From the human T2T-CHM13v2.0 reference genome, Homo sapiens, in the NCBI RefSeq assembly GCF_009914755.1, contig NC_060930.1: a stretch of 64,000 nucleotides of DNA; one strand, written 5' to 3'. Numbering within the stretch: the stretch's first letter is position 1; each line of letters opens with the position of its first letter. The position numbers and the translations under genes were made by a program. Below are positions 57,806-64,000 of the stretch, in pieces. Below the pieces are notes generated by a model. The model did no database searches. It had not been told where the DNA came from and saw only the letters and a list, made by a program, of their open reading frames with translations.

Positions 57806-59005
57806 CAGACATTTTTAAAAACCACCTCATGTAGCAATGTTTAACCTAGGGTTTATGGACCCACTGGGAATCCATACATGGCTTCCAAAGCATCTGAGAA
57901 ACTATGGGAGTTATGCAATGTGTTGTATGAGTCCAGGTTCTTTTTTCTGCAGCATTGGTCCGTAGTTCAAAAGGGGTTATGACCTATAAATGATGAGGAA
58001 GTACAGGTATATTAGGCCAATTTGCTTCTTCCAAACAGATCAGGGCATGCTTCCCATTCTCTAACTCAGAGAAAATGTTTTCTATCTCTGGCTTGGCATC
58101 AGAGACAGCCTTTCTCCTTCCCCGAGGCAGCCTCTGCCATCTGCCAAATGGTGTTGTTCTGTGACCCCAGTGTCCTTGAAGCCATCCGGAAGTCTTAGAG
58201 GGAGGTCCCTAGTGGTCCCAGCATGCTCTAACTCCTCAGGGGACAGGACTGGAACTGAAAAGCAGCCTGTTTCCCACTCTCCCTAGAGCTGAAGGCTCTG
58301 TGAGGATGGGCTCTGTGAGCCCAACCATCCCACAGCAGAACTAGGAGCCCATGGAAGGGTTGGCTTGTCCCACCATACTCAGCCCCTTCCAATTCCCCTT
58401 CCAACCTTATTCATGCTTCTGTGTTATTTGGGTACCTGCTTATCTCCTCTACTAACTAATAAAATTTTGAGAACAACGACCTGTCATTTTTCTGTATATT
58501 AAACAGTATTTAGCACCACGTTTTGCATATAATTCTCAAAATGGTTGGTAATTTTAAAACATCAAAGCTGAGTTGCAGAAAGTTAGAACAGGTCTCCAAC
58601 GGCTCTGATGGCAGCTTTGGTCACAAGGATGCTGGTTATTTATGTGGTTAGAACCAGGCCCTCAAGAGCTCACTGTGCTAGGAGGGTCTTATCTGGGGAA
58701 AGCCAGAGTAGGCCAAAAATAAGAAGGGGATTTGAGAGGGGGAATTTGAGGAGAGAAACTTAGAGCTAGCCTGGGTTCTAATCCCAGCTCTACCACCAAC
58801 AATCTGTGGGACAGGACACCAGTCAAGGCATGTCTGTATGGCATAGTAGAGTTGGAATGTGAAGCTTGGCTCTCCCATGTATTAGCTGTGAGAGAGGCAG
58901 CAGCTTCATGTCCTAGCTCCCTCCTCTTCTTATTATCTGTGTGACCTTGGGCATTAATAAGTCTCCAAAGCCTCAGCTACCTCTCTCCTAAAATACCTGT
59001 TCTAG

Positions 59006-59834
59006 TGATCCTGCTGCTCTGGGTTGAAACTCAGGTGATCCCAAGATGCTGGCTTACCAATCTTCTCTCATGGACCCTGACACCAAACTCACTGGAAACA
59101 TGGCACTGTTACCCATCAGAAGCCAATTCAAAGGACCTGCCCCCAGAGAGACAAAAGATACAGATATTGTGGATGAAGCCATCTGTTACTTCAAGGCCAA
59201 TGTCTTCTTCAAAAACTATGAAATTAAGAATGAAGCTGATAGGACCTTGATATATATAACTCTCTACATTTCTGAGTGTTCGAAGAAACTCCAAAAGTAC
59301 AATTCCAAAATCCAAGGTGAGAAAGAAATGTATACATTGGGAATCACGAATTTTCCTATTCCTGGAGAGCCTCATTTTCCACTTAACGCAATTATGCCAA
59401 ACCTGCGAACAAACAGGAAGATGAAGTGATGAGAGCCTATTTACAACAGCTAAGGAGAAAGACTGGACTGAGACTTTGTGAGAAAGTTTTTGACCCTCAG
59501 AATGATAAACCCAGCAAGTGGTGGGCTTGCTTTGTGAAGAGACAGTTCATGAACAAGAGTCTTTCAGGACCTGGACAGTGAAGGGAGCCTGGGCAGCCAC
59601 CATCTCCAGAGCCCTGGGCAGCATTTTCCATTAAGATGTACACAATCTTTTGCCTTTATCTCATAAAGTTTTATACAGAAGAGAGAAGAGCATGTCTTCA
59701 CTTGAAAAACTATTGATCAAGAATTCGGGTGGGGGAAAAGAAAGTGAGGTATCAAAGGTGATCTGAAATTTTCTACAGCATTAAGCTGGTGCTTAATAAG
59801 AATAAGTAATAATAAAGAGATTTCTAACATTAAA
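59006..59834 (+). pseudogene. ARPC3: Processed pseudogene of ARPC3 (Arp2/3 complex subunit p21-ARC); pseudogene number not assignable from sequence
   Basis: Intronless copy. ATG at 59046 gives [46 protein letters not shown]...[18 protein letters not shown]. After a 1-nt deletion near 59393, the other frame continues [20 protein letters not shown]...KPSKWW...[14 protein letters not shown] (59579-59581). AATAAA at 59811, short A-tail, TSD AAAATACCT(G/A)TTC(T/C)AG at 58990-59005 and 59835-59850. Confidence 0.97.
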
Positions 59835-59859
59835 AAAATACCTATTCCAGAGATTACTA

Positions 59860-60280
59860 GTGTCTGCCAAGTGCCCTCCATGGGATAGGTACTGTTGTAA
59901 GTGCTTTATATGTACTCACTCTTTTGGTCTTTTTAACAATCCTGCAAACTAGGTAGTATTATTATCCCATTTCCAATAACTCAACTGAAGCACATGGGGG
60001 TAACTCTCCTACAGTTACCCCACTGTCAAGGGGGTATAGCTGGGATTTGAACCAGGCAGTCTAGCTCCCTGAGTCTGCTTCCTTAACCACCACATTACCA
60101 CACAGTGACCTGACACAATGCACTGAAATTGCTTAGCATGCAGTAAGAGCTCAACAAATGTCAGTTGCTCGTGATGGTCATTCTGAATCTCCCAGCCTCA
60201 TTTTCAAGGTGGAGATGATACTACCCAATTCATGGGTAGAGATAACACAGATAAAGCACTGAACAGTACACATAAGACTG
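59860..60280. mobile_element. MIR fragments
   Basis: GTAAGTGCTTTATATG...GGGATTTGAACCAGGCAGTCT (reverse) plus plus-strand MIR pieces. Confidence 0.65.
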
Positions 60281-61384
60281 GATGCCTGGGTTTGGTTTTT
60301 TTTTTTTTGGTTTTGGCCACACGGCAAGCAGATCGGCTATTTATTTGCACCTATGACACCGACTTAGGGGTTCAACATGCTCTTGTTTGTTGCCGAGTCT
60401 GTATTGCTTGGTGTTTTCTAGCTTGCCTAGTGCTTTGCTCATAGCAGATGCTAAAAAATATGGTTCATTTATTTTCCTCAAATCTATAGAATTCCCACCA
60501 TTCTTGTGTAGGCTACTTTGGAAGGCGGTGTGGGAGAAAGGGTACTTAGGTGCTGAGACAGAACTAATAATTGATCCCACTCCTGATTTCAGTCAGTCCC
60601 TATGCCAGGAAAAACTCACTCCTCTCCTTGTGCAATGTATAAGCCTCCCAGAAACTCACTTAAAGGCAATTTCTACTTAATTTGTGCTTTGGGTGTTACA
60701 AACACAAGCTTGTAACAGGTCTCCCCTTGTTAATACATGACAGCTATTGCCCTGTTCTTACCATGCCTATGCAGATCAATCCTGTCTGTCTTGGACTTCT
60801 GATTGCTACAGGCTGGGGACCATGTCTGTTTGACTTACTATCAATGGCACAATGCCAAGTACCAAGTACCAGGTTCAAAAAATGTTTATTTGCTGATTCA
60901 GCAGTTGTATATCCTGTTGGAGGTAGATTCTAGCCTTGGTCATTCACTACCTTGATTTCTGACTCTGTGGCAAGATTCGTGTATCATGCTCTACTAGGTC
61001 TTCTCACCTTCATTTTTGTTATTTGGTGGGCAGAGCCTGTGTGCTGAAAAGGGGAAGTGGTTGTGAGTGTGCTGGAGAAAGAGGACCTGGTTCAGCAGAT
61101 TTTTAGTAATGGGCTTAATCAGGGAGGGCACCTATTATTTACTAAGTACTTACTATGTCAGGCATCAGGTTAGGAGTTCTCCAAATGGATATAAATAAAC
61201 AGAAAACTTTTGGTGCACCAGTGGTTTGTGGGAGACATTTGGGGGAGCATTCACTGCCTGCTCCTCATATTCCCAGGACTACGACTAGATCAGCAAGTTA
61301 TTACAGCCCTCACTTCTTGTCTCTCTCCTTATCCATTTCTCCCCAGGAGGAGAAATGAGTTAACGGCTTGTGTCCATGATTTTC

Positions 61385-62200
61385 AGTGTATGTTGAATAA
61401 CAGCAACTCAAACATATTAAGTCCTAATCGTTGGCATTTATAAATGTTACCTTATTTGGGAAAGAGCTCTTTGCAGTGTGATTAAGGATTCCGAGATAAA
61501 GAGGTATTATTTGTCTGTTAGGACTTCTGTAACAAAATACCACAGACTGTGGGACTTAAACAACAGAAATTTATTTTCTCATAGTTCTAGAGGCTGGATG
61601 TCCAAGATCAAGGGGCTGACAAGGCTGGTTTCTCTGAAGACCTCTCTTTGACTTGCAGATAGCTGCATTCTTGCTGTGTCCTCACATGACCATTCCTCTG
61701 TGTATGGGCACCCCTACTGTCTCTTCTTCTTATAAGGATACCAGTCCTGTTGAAGTAGGGCCCCACCCACATAACCTCATTTAACCTTAGTTACCTTTTA
61801 AAATGCCTTATCTCCAAATATAGTCAGACGGTGGGTCGGGGGTGGTCAGGGCTTTCACATGAATTTTGGGGGACAGAATTCACTCCGTAACAGGTTACTT
61901 TGGATCATCCAGGTGGGCCCTAAACCTCATTGCAAGCACCCTTATAAAAGAGAGGCAGAGGGAGATTTGAGACACACACAGAGAGAAGACACACAGAAGG
62001 CAGTGTGGCTACACAGGCAGGGACTGGGGTGATGTAACCGTAAGCCAAAGAATGCTGGCAGCCACTAGATGCTGAACAAGGAAGTGTGGTCCTGCTAACA
62101 TCTTGATTTTGGACTTCTGGCTATCAGAGCTATGAGGGAATAAGTTCCTCTTTCTATCAGGCACCCAGTTTTGTTACAGCAGCCCCCCAAAATGAACACA
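61385..62200 (+). mobile_element. MLT1C/D LTR split by an MLT1A insertion
   Basis: AATGTTACCTTATTTGG...GATAAAGAGG (to about 61505) resumes GGATCATCCAGGTGGGCCCTAA...GTTACAGCAGCC. Confidence 0.75.
61506..61892 (-). mobile_element. MLT1A-like LTR
   Basis: CTGTAACAAAATACCACAGACT...TTAAACAACAGAAATTTATT...GGGGGACAGAATTCACTCCGTAACA. Confidence 0.8.
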
Positions 62201-62509
62201 ATTGAATGGTGCTGTTCAAAGACTGAAACCTAACACCTGGAGCGTTGACTTTTTCCTGTCTCTCTCTGTCCAGGATGAAGCAGTAATGCTGGGTAAAAGT
62301 GTCAGCTCTGCAGACCAGAGTTTTCTTTCATGTGGAGTGTCCCAGAGTCTAGACTGGGGAGCAGAGTCAGGAAGCAGTATGGCTGAAGTATTCACAGGCC
62401 TGCTTGGTCACTTATACCACAGCCATATCCTCTAACCTGGAATTCATTAGGATGAAGCTCAAATTTTGATCTCCACCTATCGGATCCTCTCTATCTCTCT
62501 ATCAGTTCT

Positions 62510-62871
62510 TGCTACGGTCTGAATGTTTGTGTCCCTCCCCTCCAAGTTCATAGGTCAAATCATAATCCCCAGTGTCATGCTTTAGGAGGTGGGGCTCTTG
62601 GGAAGTGATTAGGTCAGGGAGGAAGATTACTCATGATTGGGACTTGTGCCCTTATAAAAAAGGTGCCAGAGACATCCCTTGCCCTTTCTACCATGTTAGT
62701 TCATAGTGAGAAAATGGCCATCAATGAACCGAGAAGTGGCCCTTACCATGTAACACATCTGCCTTGCTCTTGGACTTCCCAGCCTCCAAAACTGTAAGAA
62801 ATCAATTTCTGTTGTTTGCAAGCTACTTGGTGTATGGTATTTTGTTAGAGCAGCACAAGCAGACTAAGACA
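62510..62871 (+). mobile_element. MST (MSTC/D-like) solo LTR
   Basis: TGCTACGGTCTGAATG...GACTAAGACA; 5-bp TSD GTTCT on both sides. Confidence 0.85.
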
Positions 62872-63049
62872 GTTCTGAATTGGGATTCTGAAGAGAGGGG
62901 TGTTATTTATTAATCCCCTTAAAACCCCAAGAGAATGCATGGGAAATATATCTGTGGACTGGTTGGAGAGAAAAAAAAATTTGTAAACAGGATGTGATCT
63001 GTCAGGATCCTCCTGAAAGAAAAGTCAGGGGTGGAAATTAGTAAGGCAA

Positions 63050-63688
63050 ACCAGGGTCAGAGCTTCCCAAGACCATGGGAACCTACCTCTTGCATCAGCG
63101 TGACCTGGATGCGAAACATGGAATCAAAGAAGATCATTTTGGAGCTTTAAGATTTGACCACCCTGCTGGATTCGGACTTGCATGGTGCCTATAGGCCCTT
63201 TGTTTTGGCCAATTTCTCCCATATGGAATGGCTGTATTTACCCAATGCCTTTACCCCCATTGTGTCTAGGAAGTAACTAACTTGCTTTTGAGTTAATGCT
63301 GAAATGAGTTAAGACTTTGGGGGACTGTTGGGAAGGCAGGACTGGTTTTTAAAATGTGAGGACATGAGGTTGGTGGAATGATATGGTTTGGCTATGTCCC
63401 CACCCAGATCTCACCTGGAATTCCCACGTGTTGTGGAAGGGACCTGGTGGGAGGTAATTGAATCATGGGGGCAGGTCTTTCCCGTGCTGTTCTCGTGATA
63501 GTAAGTATCACGAGATCCAGTGGTGATTATAAGGGTGAGTTTTCCTGCACAAGCTTTCTTCTATTGTCTGCTGCCATGTGAGATGTGCCTTTCCCCTTCC
63601 ACCATGACTGTGAGGCCTCCCCAGCCACATGGAAGTATAAGTCCAATAAACCTCCTTCTTTTGTTTAAAAAGAAAAAAGAAAAGAAAA
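63050..63688 (+). mobile_element. Retroposed (processed) THE1 copy: internal 3' part + U3-R, poly(A), 16-bp TSD
   Basis: THE1-int (GAGCTTCCCAAGACCATGGGAACC...GGAGCTTTAAGATTTGAC) at 63050-63378; LTR from TGATATGGTTTGG at 63379; AATAAA at 63645-63650; A-tail from 63667; TSD GAAATTAGTAAGGCAA at 63034-63049 and 63689-63704. Confidence 0.9.
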
Positions 63689-63709
63689 GAAATTAGTAAG
63701 GCAAGTTCT

Positions 63710-63945
63710 GACACAAGACTGCCTGGATTCAGATCTGAGCTCAGACCTTCCCAGCTGCATGACTGTGAGCAAATCAGTTTTTTCTCCCCTACTCAGTTTT
63801 CCCATCTGTAAAATAGGGCCAAATAGGAGCCCCTCTCTCCTAGATTAAATAAATGTATGGATTAAATAAATATATGCATATAAAGCACTTAGGACAGCTT
63901 ACACAGAGGCACATAATAAGCCCCCAATAGATGTGAGCTATTATT
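63710..63945 (+). mobile_element. MIR
   Basis: GACTGCCTGGATTCAGATC...CTCAGTTTTCCCATCTGTAAAATAGGG...TAAAGCACTTAG. Confidence 0.75.
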
Positions 63946-64000
63946 CTCTAGAAAAATAGTTGAGAGAAAGGGAGAAAAAGAAGTTGCCTATAGATGCAGA

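Noticed and set aside
63491-63515. 10-bp-stem hairpin TCTCGTGATA-GTAAG-TATCACGAGA
   Set aside because: Largely present in the THE1 consensus; too short to claim a function.

Overview
Primate (very likely human) non-coding genomic DNA. I see no intact protein-coding gene, tRNA/rRNA, CRISPR array or CpG island. Most of the window is interspersed repeats: about 30 Alu elements or fragments, several L1 3' ends, MIR/L2 relics, hAT MITEs (MER5/53/58/81/102/103) and many solo LTRs (MER41 x2, LTR8-group x3, MER50, MER39/34, MER67, LTR27-like, MER11, THE1, MLT1/MST). The only gene-derived sequence is a full-length processed pseudogene of ARPC3 (59006-59834) with one frameshift, a poly(A) remnant and a 16-bp TSD. 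The most unusual object is at 63050-63688: a THE1 (MaLR) internal+LTR segment that stops at its own polyadenylation site, carries a poly(A) tail and is flanked by a perfect 16-bp TSD. That is the signature of an LTR-element transcript retroposed by L1 machinery rather than integrated by integrase. Also notable are a divergent pair of MER41 LTRs (one keeps both tandem GAS/STAT motifs), three independent LTR8-group insertions within 3.6 kb, and a roughly 30-bp micro-Alu with its own TSD. I found no evidence of a new protein-based system. Repeat subfamily names come from recalled consensus sequences and need RepeatMasker/Dfam confirmation. Boundaries of old repeats are approximate.
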